From positions 10,357 to 74,356 of the forward strand of contig CP064996.1 of the NCBI GenBank assembly GCA_016699995.1: a stretch of DNA of 64,000 nt. Reading direction: 5' to 3'. The DNA comes from a bacterium (GTDB taxonomy: Bacteria; Patescibacteriota; Doudnabacteria; UBA920). The first letter of the stretch is position 1. Every line of letters starts with the position of its first letter. The translations under genes and the position numbers were made by a program. Positions 28,350 to 37,541 of the stretch are shown here, in pieces. The notes under the pieces were generated by a model. The model made no database searches and was not told where the DNA came from. It was given only the letters and a program-made list of their open reading frames with translations.

Positions 28350-29195
28350 ATGACACAATCACACGAACACTTGGAGACACTACAAGACACAGCTTTTGTA
28401 GGAACTATTAAGCCGCAGAAGCACTCTGCTGTTGGAGGCGTCTTAAATGACGCCTGGGTTTTCATCTTACGCAGCTTAAAGCTGATCTTTAAGAGCCCGG
28501 ATCAATTGATCGGCTTGATTGTCCAGCCGATTATGTTTATGCTCCTATTCCGCTATGTGTTTGGCGGGGCGATTAACACCGGCAGTACCAGTTACGTAAA
28601 CTTTTTAGTGGCTGGTATCTTGGTGCAAATGGCAGCTTTCGGCGCATTGACTACGTCTTTTTCTGTGGCAATTGACATGCAGAAGGGTGTTATTGACCGG
28701 CTTAAGTCTTTTCCGATTGCCAGCTGGGCTGTATTGGTCGGCCACGTAGTCGGTGACTTGGTGCGCAACGTATTGTCTTCTCTAATTTTGATAGGCGTGG
28801 CGATGGTGGTTGGGTTTCGGCCGAACGCCGGTGTTAAGGAATGGATCTTGATTACACTGATAGTCTTGTTGTTTACCTTTGCCGTATCGTGGGTGTCTGC
28901 CATCTTAGGGTTGATTGCTAAGACCGTAGAGGCTGTGCAGTGGATGGGGTTCTTCCTAGTTTTTCCGCTAACATTCGCCAGCGCTGCATTTGCGCCAACA
29001 GAAACTATGGCCAAGGGTATTCGCGTGTTTGCCCAGAACCAGCCTGTGACTCATGTAATCGAAGCGATTCGCGCATTGATGATTGGCACTCCGATCGGGA
29101 ATCACGCCACGCTTGCAGTTATTTGGTGCGTGGGAATTATAGTAGTGGCTATTCCTTTGGCTGCCTATCTATTTAAAAAACAAATTACAAAATAA
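28350..29195 (+). CDS. ABC-2 family transporter permease.
   Basis: About 6 TM helices. ATG 28350 follows AAAGGAG and is separated by 1 nt from the ATPase stop, so the two genes are translationally coupled. Confidence 0.8.
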   Translation: MTQSHEHLETLQDTAFVGTIKPQKHSAVGGVLNDAWVFILRSLKLIFKSPDQLIGLIVQPIMFMLLFRYVFGGAINTGSTSYVNFLVAGILVQMAAFGALTTSFSVAIDMQKGVIDRLKSFPIASWAVLVGHVVGDLVRNVLSSLILIGVAMVVGFRPNAGVKEWILITLIVLLFTFAVSWVSAILGLIAKTVEAVQWMGFFLVFPLTFASAAFAPTETMAKGIRVFAQNQPVTHVIEAIRALMIGTPIGNHATLAVIWCVGIIVVAIPLAAYLFKKQITK

Positions 29196-29305
29196 TTATT
29201 TTCTGATCTCAAGAATACCTTTGACAGAAAGTGTTTTTTCTTTACCAAAAGTCGAGTACTTATTAAAGCCATCTTGAACACACTTGTGTAAATATTACTT
29301 TACGT

Positions 29306-29377
29306 GGGCTGGGCCAGTAGTGGTAGAAATGGATCACCACCCTTTCGTAGCGGGTGCAACTCCCGTCCAGTCCGCCA
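29306..29377 (+). ncRNA. tRNA-like element or degenerate tRNA, 72 nt. It has a 7-bp acceptor, a T-arm and an encoded GCCA, but no recognisable anticodon arm.
   Basis: GGGCUGG pairs with CCAGUCC (one G-U). The T-stem GCGGG/CCCGU carries loop UGCAACU. The element ends G-CCA. The D-like region is 'CC-AGUAGUGGUAGAA-AUGG'. No 5+7+5 anticodon hairpin can be formed. Confidence 0.35.
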
Positions 29378-29605
29378 CTCTTGTAAGAGAGTTCATATGC
29401 ATGGTATGATATGCATGGTGATCCGTTTCTAGAAAGCCACTGATGGCTCGAAACAAAGCCGCCCAGACGGGCGGCTTTCACTTATCCACTTGCGCGGTGC
29501 TTAGGCTGATGGTATCTTTATAAAAATGCGTAGTCACATAAACAACTTCAACCGCATTCCACGAGCGGGGCAGCAATTGTCTCCGCGAGTAATATTTAGT
29601 TTCTA

Positions 29606-29630
29606 ACTTCCCGTTTGGGAAGTTTTTTTA
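29606..29630 (+). terminator. Rho-independent terminator.
   Basis: ACTTCCC / GGGAAGT form a 7-bp stem with loop GTTT, followed by TTTTTTT. Confidence 0.75.
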
Positions 29631-29672
29631 TAAGTAACGAACTGTTAGTTTTTAATCCGGCACATAGTTATT

Positions 29673-30563
29673 ATGTCTGGCGGCGACCGACAGTTCGGAG
29701 AAAGAAAGCATATGATTAATAACTATCGAGGAGCCGAAGATTCCGTCCTCTATAGCCAGGTAGTAACCAAGCTGCGCCAGTTCTTTTTGCAGCGGGGATA
29801 TACCGAGGTCCATACTCAGGACCGCTTGAGCATTTTGGCGGCCTGCGAAGATCCCTCGACTATTGCCACCTTTAACTATGGTGGGGAATTGTGGCCATTG
29901 CCGCAGACTGGCCAGATGTGGCTTGAATATGAGTTGTTAACAAAGCCGGAATTGCCCGGCGTTTTTTGTGTCTCTACCAGTTACCGCAACGAACCGAATC
30001 CGATCCCTGGACGGCATAAAATTTTGTTTCCGATGTTTGAGTTCGAGTCGCGCGGGTCTATAGATGATTTGCGCAAGCTGGAAGAAGACATGTTGGTGCA
30101 CTTAGGATTTGGTTTGCCGGGCACCTTCGTTCATAAAACGTATGACGCTATGGCTAATTTTTACGGGACCTCAGACTTAATGAGCGCGCATGAAAATAAT
30201 ATGAAGATCGACTTTGGCAATGTCGTCTTCCTCGAACGTTTCCCGCAGCATACTTCACCCTTTTGGAATATGAAGAAAGATGGTGATTATGCCAACAAGA
30301 TTGATGTGATAATTAATGGTCAGGAAACTATAGGCAGTGCCGAACGTAGCACTAACCCAGAAGAAATGCGCGAATTATTCCATACAATCAGCGAAGGCGA
30401 CTATGCCGGCAAGCTTTATGATTTATTTGGAAAAGAGAGGGTAGAGAAGGAACTGGAAGAATTTTTATCTCTTGATTTCTTCCCGCGATTTGGTGGCGGC
30501 ATAGGGTTAACCCGATTAATGAGCGCCATGGCGGAGTTGCAAAAAGTTCCTGTAATGCAATAA
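29673..30563 (+). CDS. Class-II aaRS-like catalytic-core protein, consistent with an archaeal-type asparagine synthetase A (AsnRS paralog).
   Basis: Motif 2 'YRNEPNPIPGRHKILFPMFEFE' and motif 3 'GGGIGLTRLMSAM'. About 290 aa with no anticodon-binding domain. Possible alternative start at ATG 29712. Confidence 0.5.
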   Translation: MSGGDRQFGERKHMINNYRGAEDSVLYSQVVTKLRQFFLQRGYTEVHTQDRLSILAACEDPSTIATFNYGGELWPLPQTGQMWLEYELLTKPELPGVFCVSTSYRNEPNPIPGRHKILFPMFEFESRGSIDDLRKLEEDMLVHLGFGLPGTFVHKTYDAMANFYGTSDLMSAHENNMKIDFGNVVFLERFPQHTSPFWNMKKDGDYANKIDVIINGQETIGSAERSTNPEEMRELFHTISEGDYAGKLYDLFGKERVEKELEEFLSLDFFPRFGGGIGLTRLMSAMAELQKVPVMQ

Positions 30564-30792
30564 GCCAGATTTAAACAATTTCGGAGGGGGAATAAAGATA
30601 TAGACATCCAAGAAGAACAAGAGTTATCTGCAAAGAGGGAGAGAAAAATTAAGCGATTGGAACAGGAAGCTTTCTGGGAGTGTGAGAACAGCGGCTTATT
30701 GGGAGCTTACTTAGAAGCTGTGTTCAGGCAAAATTCGGAAAAGTTGGGTAAAGAAAAAGGTTCGATTTATTTAGCCGACTTTCTTTAGGAAA

Positions 30793-31059
30793 ATGCAACG
30801 AGCCAAGATGCCAGATAAGGCGTATAGATTTTTTCTCCAGCAGTATTGCGGGGTTCTAGAGTTTTTTGAATACCGCGACGTGATTTTGATTACTGCAAAT
30901 GGCGAACCCAAAGCATTTTGTCCAAGAAAGGAATTACTTAATTGGGAAAAGCTAGGTACACCTTTGGAACAACAGCATAACCAAATCAGGGCCCGATCTT
31001 CTGAATTCGAAAACGAATCCTGGTTGGAGAAGAGGCCGTTACGGGTATGCCCCTGTTAA
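30793..31059 (+). CDS. Hypothetical small protein.
   Basis: 88-aa ORF supported only as an open frame. Confidence 0.2.
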   Translation: MQRAKMPDKAYRFFLQQYCGVLEFFEYRDVILITANGEPKAFCPRKELLNWEKLGTPLEQQHNQIRARSSEFENESWLEKRPLRVCPC

Positions 31060-31130
31060 TTCAAAGTTGTTTAAAGAGGAGCTTCGCAAACCGTCGAAAG
31101 GCGCTTTCGATTTAGGTTGATATGAAATAA

Positions 31131-31157
31131 ACCGCACCATGTACAGTGCGGTTTTTA
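31131..31157. terminator. Bidirectional intrinsic terminator.
   Basis: ACCGCAC / GTGCGGT form a 7-bp stem with an 8-nt loop, AAATAA upstream and TTTTTATTAT downstream. Confidence 0.65.
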
Positions 31158-31163
31158 TTATGT

Positions 31164-32603
31164 TTACGTTGCAGGCACAGGTTCTGGATTATTCGGCTTG
31201 TCTTTGAGCATATAAGACAAGATCGGCGGCGTGAGCAGGGTGGTAAGGATAACCATGATCAGGATTACAGAGAATACGGTATCTGGAACCACGCCCAGCT
31301 GTTTGCCGATGGTGGCAAAGATCAGTCCTACCTCGCCTCGAGGCACCATTCCGAATCCGACCAAAGATTTACTCACCTTGCCGGCAACTGCACCGGCGAT
31401 AATCTTTCCGGCAAAAGCCGCAATGGTAATGCCTAGCCCTGCTAGCAGGATCTTAGGATCAAATAGGGTTTCCAAGTTTACGCTCATACCTGTCATCACG
31501 AAAAACACAGGAACTAGGAACACTGCAACCGGCTCTATCAGCTCTTCGATATGCTTGTCGCTGTGATGCTTGGCTTTAGCTAACAACTTTTCTTTATGAC
31601 TGTCATCGCTGGAAGATTCCGCATACTTGGCAAGGTCGGCCGCTGCAGCTGGCTTGGAGAAATAGTCAAAATGGACCGGGTCCAATACCAGACCGGCGGC
31701 AAAGGCTCCCACAATTGGAGCCAGACCGATTAGTCCGGCCAGCGCGGCAAATACCAAAGCAAAACTTATGGCGATAGTAAACTTCATGCCAATTCCGGTA
31801 TGGATCTTGGACATGAACTTTCCTATATATGGAGCTATCAACTGTCCGACCACTATTGCTCCAACCAGGAAAGCGAGAGACTTTCCAAATATAATAGCCA
31901 CCGTGGCTAAACTCACACTACCGGATGACACCAATGCAGAGACTACTGCCAGGATGATTAATCCAATAACATCGTCGATCACAGCCGCACCTAAAACAAT
32001 CTTTGCTTCTGAGGTGTTAAGCTTGCCCATATCCTTAAAGACCCGTGCGGTAATACCTACGGAAGTTGCTGTGAGAGCTGCTCCTAAAAAGAGGTAAGTG
32101 TTATTCTCGAGACCTGGCAACAGCCATGGGCCGACCACCCAGGTTCCTAAAACGAACGGGGCTACGACTCCAACGATAGCAACTAAAAAAGCGCGCCATC
32201 CTACTTTACGCATCTCAGAAATGTTAGATTCTAACCCAACCTGAAACAGCAAGATGATTACACCAAGCTCCGCTAGGAATGGAAGAAAGGTGTCCGTTTT
32301 GATCGGATCAAACAGATGGATTCCCACCAGCGCTAAATTTCCCAAGACGATACCGATGATCAGTTCTCCTAATACTGCCGACTGCCCGAACCGTTCTACT
32401 AAGCTTGCCAGCTTCGCTGCTATCAAGATTACTGCCAGCCATAACAAAGTCATTACAGCTCCGTGGGCTCCGCCTTCACTCCCGCCTCCGGCAGCTTGCA
32501 CAACAGGGGATAGTGCCAAAATTATAAGTCCCATAAAAGCGATGAACTTAACGCGCAGTTTGGGCAAATTGAAGTTCGGCAGATTCAGAATGTTTTGCAA
32601 CAT
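31164..32603 (-). CDS. Cation:proton antiporter, CPA2 / Na+/H+ exchanger family.
   Basis: 479 aa with 12-13 TM helices and typical Kef/NhaP-like Gly-rich TM segments. Confidence 0.7.
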   Translation of the reverse strand: MLQNILNLPNFNLPKLRVKFIAFMGLIILALSPVVQAAGGGSEGGAHGAVMTLLWLAVILIAAKLASLVERFGQSAVLGELIIGIVLGNLALVGIHLFDPIKTDTFLPFLAELGVIILLFQVGLESNISEMRKVGWRAFLVAIVGVVAPFVLGTWVVGPWLLPGLENNTYLFLGAALTATSVGITARVFKDMGKLNTSEAKIVLGAAVIDDVIGLIILAVVSALVSSGSVSLATVAIIFGKSLAFLVGAIVVGQLIAPYIGKFMSKIHTGIGMKFTIAISFALVFAALAGLIGLAPIVGAFAAGLVLDPVHFDYFSKPAAAADLAKYAESSSDDSHKEKLLAKAKHHSDKHIEELIEPVAVFLVPVFFVMTGMSVNLETLFDPKILLAGLGITIAAFAGKIIAGAVAGKVSKSLVGFGMVPRGEVGLIFATIGKQLGVVPDTVFSVILIMVILTTLLTPPILSYMLKDKPNNPEPVPAT

Positions 32604-32878
32604 AAATATTAAATTTTCCCTCCGACTTAATTGGATATTAATTTTTCGACTAAAGTATTGTAGCTGAGCAGGGTATTTTTTTCAATCTACTTTGTAAGGA
32701 GTATTAATTATCACGCAGGTTACTATCTATTGGGCAGGACGTAAAAGTAACTGGAATATCCTGTTAGGGAATAACAATAAATATATATTGACAAACGATA
32801 AATAGGCATTTATACTAATATCGGTTAATTACATGTTTACTAAGTTTATTCAAAATTAATTTTTTTATTCGGATACTT

Positions 32879-33346
32879 ATGAAGAAGGGTTCAACTTTGT
32901 TTCTTAAGCTGGTTATCATTTTTATGGGCTTAGTGGCTCTGGGGGTGATTGGGGTCGCTATACCTATCGCCTTTATAACGGGCGAACGCACGAATGAATA
33001 CGTGCCGTTTTGGATTCTGATTTATCTAACAGCCATCCCGTTTTTTATGGCCTTATTAGAAGGAATGAGATTGTTAGGTTTCATCGATAAAAATACTGCC
33101 TTTTCCAATAATTCTGTGGCAGCCCTGGGTAAGATTAAAATTTATGCCATCGTAATGACCGTATTGTATTTAGCATGCTTGCCATGGGTGTTTAAAGCAG
33201 CGGATGCGGATGATTCTCCTGGTATGGTTTTAATGTGGACCGCATTTAGCTGTGCTCCACTCGTGATCGCCGTGTTTGCGGCATTGTTAAAAACTTTGCT
33301 TAAGAATGTGATCGATATCAAAGCAGAAAATGATCTAACTGTTTAA
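32879..33346 (+). CDS. DUF2975-like small membrane protein, partner of a YozG-type regulator.
   Basis: 155 aa with 4 TM helices, located immediately upstream of the HTH gene. Confidence 0.45.
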   Translation: MKKGSTLFLKLVIIFMGLVALGVIGVAIPIAFITGERTNEYVPFWILIYLTAIPFFMALLEGMRLLGFIDKNTAFSNNSVAALGKIKIYAIVMTVLYLACLPWVFKAADADDSPGMVLMWTAFSCAPLVIAVFAALLKTLLKNVIDIKAENDLTV

Positions 33347-33354
33347 GGAGAAAT

Positions 33355-33564
33355 ATGGGAATTATTATCAACATCGATGTCATGCTGGCTAAAAGAAAGA
33401 TGAGCGTTACAGAGCTTACCGAAAAAGTGGGGATTACGATGGCAAATCTTTCTATTTTAAAGAATGGCAAGGCTAGAGCAATTCGATTTTCTACTCTGGA
33501 AGCGATCTGCAAGGCTCTGGATTGCCAGCCTGGAGACATTTTAGAATATAAAACTAAAAAATAA
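33355..33564 (+). CDS. Cro/C1-type HTH transcriptional regulator, YozG-like.
   Basis: 'MSVTELTEKVGITMANLSILKNGKARAIRFSTLEAICKALDCQPGDIL'. Confidence 0.8.
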   Translation: MGIIINIDVMLAKRKMSVTELTEKVGITMANLSILKNGKARAIRFSTLEAICKALDCQPGDILEYKTKK

Positions 33565-33577
33565 TTAACCAATAATT

Positions 33578-35044
33578 ATGAATTTTACGCTATCGAAAAC
33601 TCTATACACCTTACTGGCCAGCCTCGGCCTGGCCATAGTCTTTAACTTTTTGTTTTTTTACAACCAAGTGGGAATTTCGGTGTTTATTTTTGTGGCAGTC
33701 TTGCTTGGGGTGGTATTTGTGTTCGGCCGCAGCCAGCAGCTCGTAGCTAAGGATGCTCTGCAAAACAGCTGGTGGCTGATTGCGTTGATTGGGCTCTTTT
33801 CATTAATGCCGGCCGTAAGAGCGAACGGTTTTCTGGCATTCCTAAACATAGTAACTGTGTTTGGCCTGCTGATGGTGCTTGCATATCACTTAGTTGGCGT
33901 ACCGGCTTTCATGATGAAGCTGCGCGATTATGTAGTACTAGCTATGTTGGTGCCATTTAGGATGTTGGCTAGAATGTTTGCTTCCATCTCCTTTATCAGC
34001 CAAGTGCGCAGCAATGTAAAGCACCGCGACGTTTGGATCCGGGTACTTAAAGGCATAATCATGGCTGTGCCAGTTTTGATTGTATTTGCCCTGCTATTTT
34101 CTAATGCGGATTTGGCTTTTTCCCAATTTCTTAACAGCGTAATTGATATCCAGGTAGAAGAGGTGACTATGCAGTACCTGGCTTTGTTGGGTTTTGCTTT
34201 CATAGCCGGTTTGAGCTATTTGTCTTTTATTTTTTTCCCTAAGCCTCAGGCCAGCCCTATTGCGCAGCCAGCAGATAGTGCGGCTAAAGAAGGCAAGGCG
34301 GTCGAAGTAATGGTCTTTCTCGGCCTTATTGCTACTTTGTTTATAGTATTTATCGGCTTTCAGGTTACCTACTTATTTGGGGGAGAAGCTAATATCATCA
34401 ACGCGGGGTTTACTTACGCGGAATATGCCCGACGGGGTTTTTGGGAGTTACTGGCCGTATCTATCATATCCTTGGTTGTGTTGTTTGCGGCAGAAAAATA
34501 TTCTGGCAGCGAGCGAAAGCGACATAGCCGTTTTTTGGTCCCGGCTCTTATATTGATCGGTGAGGTGGTGATTATTATAGTTTCCGCGTTTAAGCGTCTG
34601 TCGCTATATATAGATGCTTATGGCATTACTACCCAACGTTTTTATGTGGCGAGCTTTATTGCTCTGCTGTTGGTGCTATTTGTATTGCTTGCTGTAAAAT
34701 TTGTCAGGTCCAAGCGTGAGCAATTTTTTTCTTTCGGTGCATTGCTAACCTTCGCTGGTTTTCTGGCTGTAATAAATATTATCAATCCTGACGGGTTCAT
34801 AATGAAGTCTAATATTAAGCATTATGAAAAAACCGGCAAGGTTGATGTTCTTTATACAGAAGAGCTTTCTGTTGATGCTCTGCCTTATAAGTTGGAACTG
34901 TACGACAGGCTCCATGGAGAAGAAAAGGAAGTGCTAAGGAATTCCATACTGAACCATAAAGCTGGGTTATCTAGTGGCAGCTCCGAGTGGCAGGCCGCAA
35001 ACCTTTCTCGATCTCAGGCCTTAAATATACTTAGAGATTTTTAG
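33578..35044 (+). CDS. Large polytopic membrane protein of unknown function.
   Basis: 488 aa with about 12 TM helices and a C-terminal soluble domain. It forms an operon with the HTH/DUF2975 pair. Confidence 0.55.
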   Translation: MNFTLSKTLYTLLASLGLAIVFNFLFFYNQVGISVFIFVAVLLGVVFVFGRSQQLVAKDALQNSWWLIALIGLFSLMPAVRANGFLAFLNIVTVFGLLMVLAYHLVGVPAFMMKLRDYVVLAMLVPFRMLARMFASISFISQVRSNVKHRDVWIRVLKGIIMAVPVLIVFALLFSNADLAFSQFLNSVIDIQVEEVTMQYLALLGFAFIAGLSYLSFIFFPKPQASPIAQPADSAAKEGKAVEVMVFLGLIATLFIVFIGFQVTYLFGGEANIINAGFTYAEYARRGFWELLAVSIISLVVLFAAEKYSGSERKRHSRFLVPALILIGEVVIIIVSAFKRLSLYIDAYGITTQRFYVASFIALLLVLFVLLAVKFVRSKREQFFSFGALLTFAGFLAVINIINPDGFIMKSNIKHYEKTGKVDVLYTEELSVDALPYKLELYDRLHGEEKEVLRNSILNHKAGLSSGSSEWQAANLSRSQALNILRDF

Positions 35045-35051
35045 CGATCAG

Positions 35052-36398
35052 CTAAGACTGTTGGCTAATAATGCGCGAAGTGAGTTGCAAAAATCTAATT
35101 AACGGATTGCGCTTTTTCCATTGATCGTAATTTTGCTCTTGCGAAAGTTCCAGGTCTTTGACAAAAATATCAGAAAGCTGCTGAGCGAGACCGGCATCGA
35201 ATATAGCCATGGCGTTTTCTTCATCCAGTCGGCGAGAGCGCGAGTTTAAATTAGGAGAGCCGATTACAGACATTTTGTCGTCTACTACAAAAAACTTGCT
35301 GTGAAGGAAGGTAGGCTGGTATTCGTAAACTTTAACTCCGGCTTCCAGCAAGTCCTGGTAGTAGTTTTGCGCTCCCCAGCGCACCATTTTATTGTCGATG
35401 TTTTTACCGGGCAGCATTAATCGGACGTCGACACCGTTGTGCGCCTTATGCCTAAGAACTTCCATCAGGTCGGTATCGCCGACAAAATAAGGCGTGGCTA
35501 TATATAATTTTTCTTTTGCCGCGAGCATGGGCAGGAGCAGGAATTTAGGCATGGGTTGGGAATCGTCAGCGGGGGAGCTGGCAATATGCACGAACTTAAT
35601 TTCTGAACCTGGTTGTTCGAAAGCAGTCGGATAAATATCTTCTCCTAGCAAAATTTCCCCAGAGGAGCTGGCCCAATGGTCGACGAAGGCGTCCTGCAGG
35701 CTGCGAGCCATAGGGCCGCTAACTTTAAACATCATATCTCTCCAGTGCTTCGGGCTTTGGGCATTTCCCAGCCACGAGTCGGACACGGCCATGCCGCCCG
35801 TGAAGCCGACTTTTCCATCTATCACTATCGAACGCCTATGGTTTCGGCGATGGTAGCGGGTAAGTTTGCCGAAAGTCGCCGTTCGGTAGCTCTCCACTTT
35901 AGCGCCGGATGCTTTTAGCTCTTCGAAGAGATCATCAGGCGCGTTTTTGCTGCCTAATCCGTCTAGCAGGACCCGTACCTGCACTCCCTGTTTTTGCTTT
36001 TCTAGTAATACTGGCAGGATCATGTCGCTGGCTTCGCCGTCTTCCCAAATGTATACAGAAAAATTGATGGTCTTCTTAGCATCCCGGAAGCTATCTAACA
36101 GCGCCGGATAGAAGCCGTCTCCGTTATTCAAAATTTCCACAGAGCCACCTTCTTCTAAGCCGGCATTAACCGTGTGAGCCAGATTGATAGGGAAGTCTAA
36201 GGAATCTACAGCTGGTACCGGGCCGTTGGTGTAATGGTATTTTGGACTAGAACCCTTGGCAAAGAACAACGCCCCGATAATGCTTAGTACGCTCACGACG
36301 CCGATGATAAAAAACGCAACTTGCCACCAACGGTAAGCAGTCAAAGCACTCGCCGCATATTGGAATAAATTTTTCATGGTCTTTATGAATTTTTTCAT
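35052..36398 (-). CDS. cls: Cardiolipin synthase / phospholipase D family protein.
   Basis: Two PLD motifs: 'HRRSIVIDG' (H-x-R variant) and 'HSKFFVVDD' (HKD). N-terminal TM helix. Confidence 0.75.
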   Translation of the reverse strand: MKKFIKTMKNLFQYAASALTAYRWWQVAFFIIGVVSVLSIIGALFFAKGSSPKYHYTNGPVPAVDSLDFPINLAHTVNAGLEEGGSVEILNNGDGFYPALLDSFRDAKKTINFSVYIWEDGEASDMILPVLLEKQKQGVQVRVLLDGLGSKNAPDDLFEELKASGAKVESYRTATFGKLTRYHRRNHRRSIVIDGKVGFTGGMAVSDSWLGNAQSPKHWRDMMFKVSGPMARSLQDAFVDHWASSSGEILLGEDIYPTAFEQPGSEIKFVHIASSPADDSQPMPKFLLLPMLAAKEKLYIATPYFVGDTDLMEVLRHKAHNGVDVRLMLPGKNIDNKMVRWGAQNYYQDLLEAGVKVYEYQPTFLHSKFFVVDDKMSVIGSPNLNSRSRRLDEENAMAIFDAGLAQQLSDIFVKDLELSQEQNYDQWKKRNPLIRFLQLTSRIISQQS

Positions 36399-36515
36399 AG
36401 CATTCAGTTATAAATTAAATATAAGCGGATTTGTATTTTGAGTATAACAGCTGGGAAGGAAGTTTTCACTTTTAAAACCAAACTAAAAACCCCATTCAGG
36501 GAATGAGGTTGTTAG

Positions 36516-36590
36516 TGGTAGCGCTACGGGGAATTGAACCCCGGTTTGGCGGATGAAAACCGCCTGTCCTAACCACTAGACGATAGCGCC
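36516..36590 (-). tRNA. tRNA-Glu (UUC).
   Basis: Cloverleaf: acceptor GGCGCUA/UAGCGCU, D-loop AGUGGUUAG, anticodon stem GGCGG/CCGCC with loop UUUUCAU, T-loop UUCAAUU, CCA encoded. Downstream lie an 8-bp hairpin and U5 (36489-36515). Confidence 0.85.
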
Positions 36591-36749
36591 ATAATGTTAT
36601 GGAAACGAATTTAACTTTCAAATTTTAACATAAACCTGGAATTTTTTCAAGCTCTAACGATAGCCAAAATTGATTTAAAATAACAAAAAAACAGCAATAA
36701 AAAAGAAAACTGCTCACTATGTTTAGTGGGCAGTTTTAATATTCGGCGG

Positions 36750-36965
36750 CTATGCTAACTCTTCGTTTTCATGGCCGTGCGACTTGGTGGCGAACCAGGC
36801 TCCGAATACCACCAGGGCTAGCAATACATGCTGCCATTTAAGGTGGCTGGCTACTCTTCCGATCTCTGATGCATGGGCGATCACGATGACCGCCCCGACA
36901 AAATGATGGGCGTAGCTCTTAGTATTGTGCCGTAATTTGCGCAATACTTTTGAAGAGATGAACAT
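36750..36965 (-). CDS. Hypothetical small membrane protein.
   Basis: 71-aa ORF with two hydrophobic segments. Confidence 0.3.
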   Translation of the reverse strand: MFISSKVLRKLRHNTKSYAHHFVGAVIVIAHASEIGRVASHLKWQHVLLALVVFGAWFATKSHGHENEELA

Positions 36966-37120
36966 AGCATCCTTTCTACCTGCGATATATCCGCAGGATT
37001 CCTCCGTTAATTTTCCGGTTGTTCTAATGCCTCTTTGGCATTCGGAACGCTCCGGACGCTACGGTATACTCCTAAATAAGGGTTTTGTCAAGGGTGTTTG
37101 GGGTGGGAGAGAATAAACAT

Positions 37121-37176
37121 TTGACATGCTAGTGATGAGGGGATAGTATAAATAAGTACCCCCCCATGGGGGGTTA
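37121..37176 (+). promoter_or_regulatory. Promoter (TTGACA-17-TAGTAT) plus a CsoR-type GC-rich palindromic operator.
   Basis: TTGACA at 37121-37126 and TAGTAT at 37144-37149. The palindrome TACCCCCCCATGGGGGGTTA at 37157-37176 lies at about +1 to +20. Confidence 0.55.
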
Positions 37177-37191
37177 TAATAATCAATATAT

Positions 37192-37470
37192 ATGGCAAAA
37201 TCAATTACCGATGCACAAATCAATATTATTAAGCGCATCAAAACTGCTCAGGGTCACTTAGGCGCCGTGGCCAAAATGGTCGAAAAAGACAATTACTGCA
37301 TGGATATTATCAATCAAAACCACGCGGTTATCGAAGCGCTCCGCAAAGTTAACGAACTCATCTTGGAAGGATATTTAGGGGAGTGCGCTTTGGATGCCGT
37401 AGCGAGCAAAAGCGCTGCGCGCCGCAAGGAAGCCGTAAAAGAGCTATTAAAGATTTATTCGAAGAAGTAA
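37192..37470 (+). CDS. csoR: CsoR/RcnR/FrmR family metal-sensing repressor.
   Basis: 92 aa. 'GHLGAVAKMVEKDNYCMDIINQNHAVIEALRKV...ECAL' carries the C-H-C W-X-Y-Z signature. Confidence 0.8.
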   Translation: MAKSITDAQINIIKRIKTAQGHLGAVAKMVEKDNYCMDIINQNHAVIEALRKVNELILEGYLGECALDAVASKSAARRKEAVKELLKIYSKK

Positions 37471-37541
37471 CAATCATAACTGCTGTAGAGAAGCTTGCGT
37501 AAGCTGGATATCCGCTTCAGCAGATAAAAAGAAAGGTAAGT

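Noticed and set aside
29263-29481. 72-aa minus-strand ORF in the tRNA-like island
   Set aside because: It lies antisense across a highly structured RNA-like region with no SD. Its composition is Cys/Tyr/His-rich junk.
29196-29672. tmRNA (ssrA) or RNase P RNA in the 477-nt gap
   Set aside because: The acceptor-5' strand, T-arm, acceptor-3' strand and CCA all lie within 72 nt, in tRNA order. This is neither the standard nor the permuted tmRNA arrangement. No tag reading frame ending ...ALAA-stop is present, and no RNase P CR-I/CR-IV/CR-V motifs are present.
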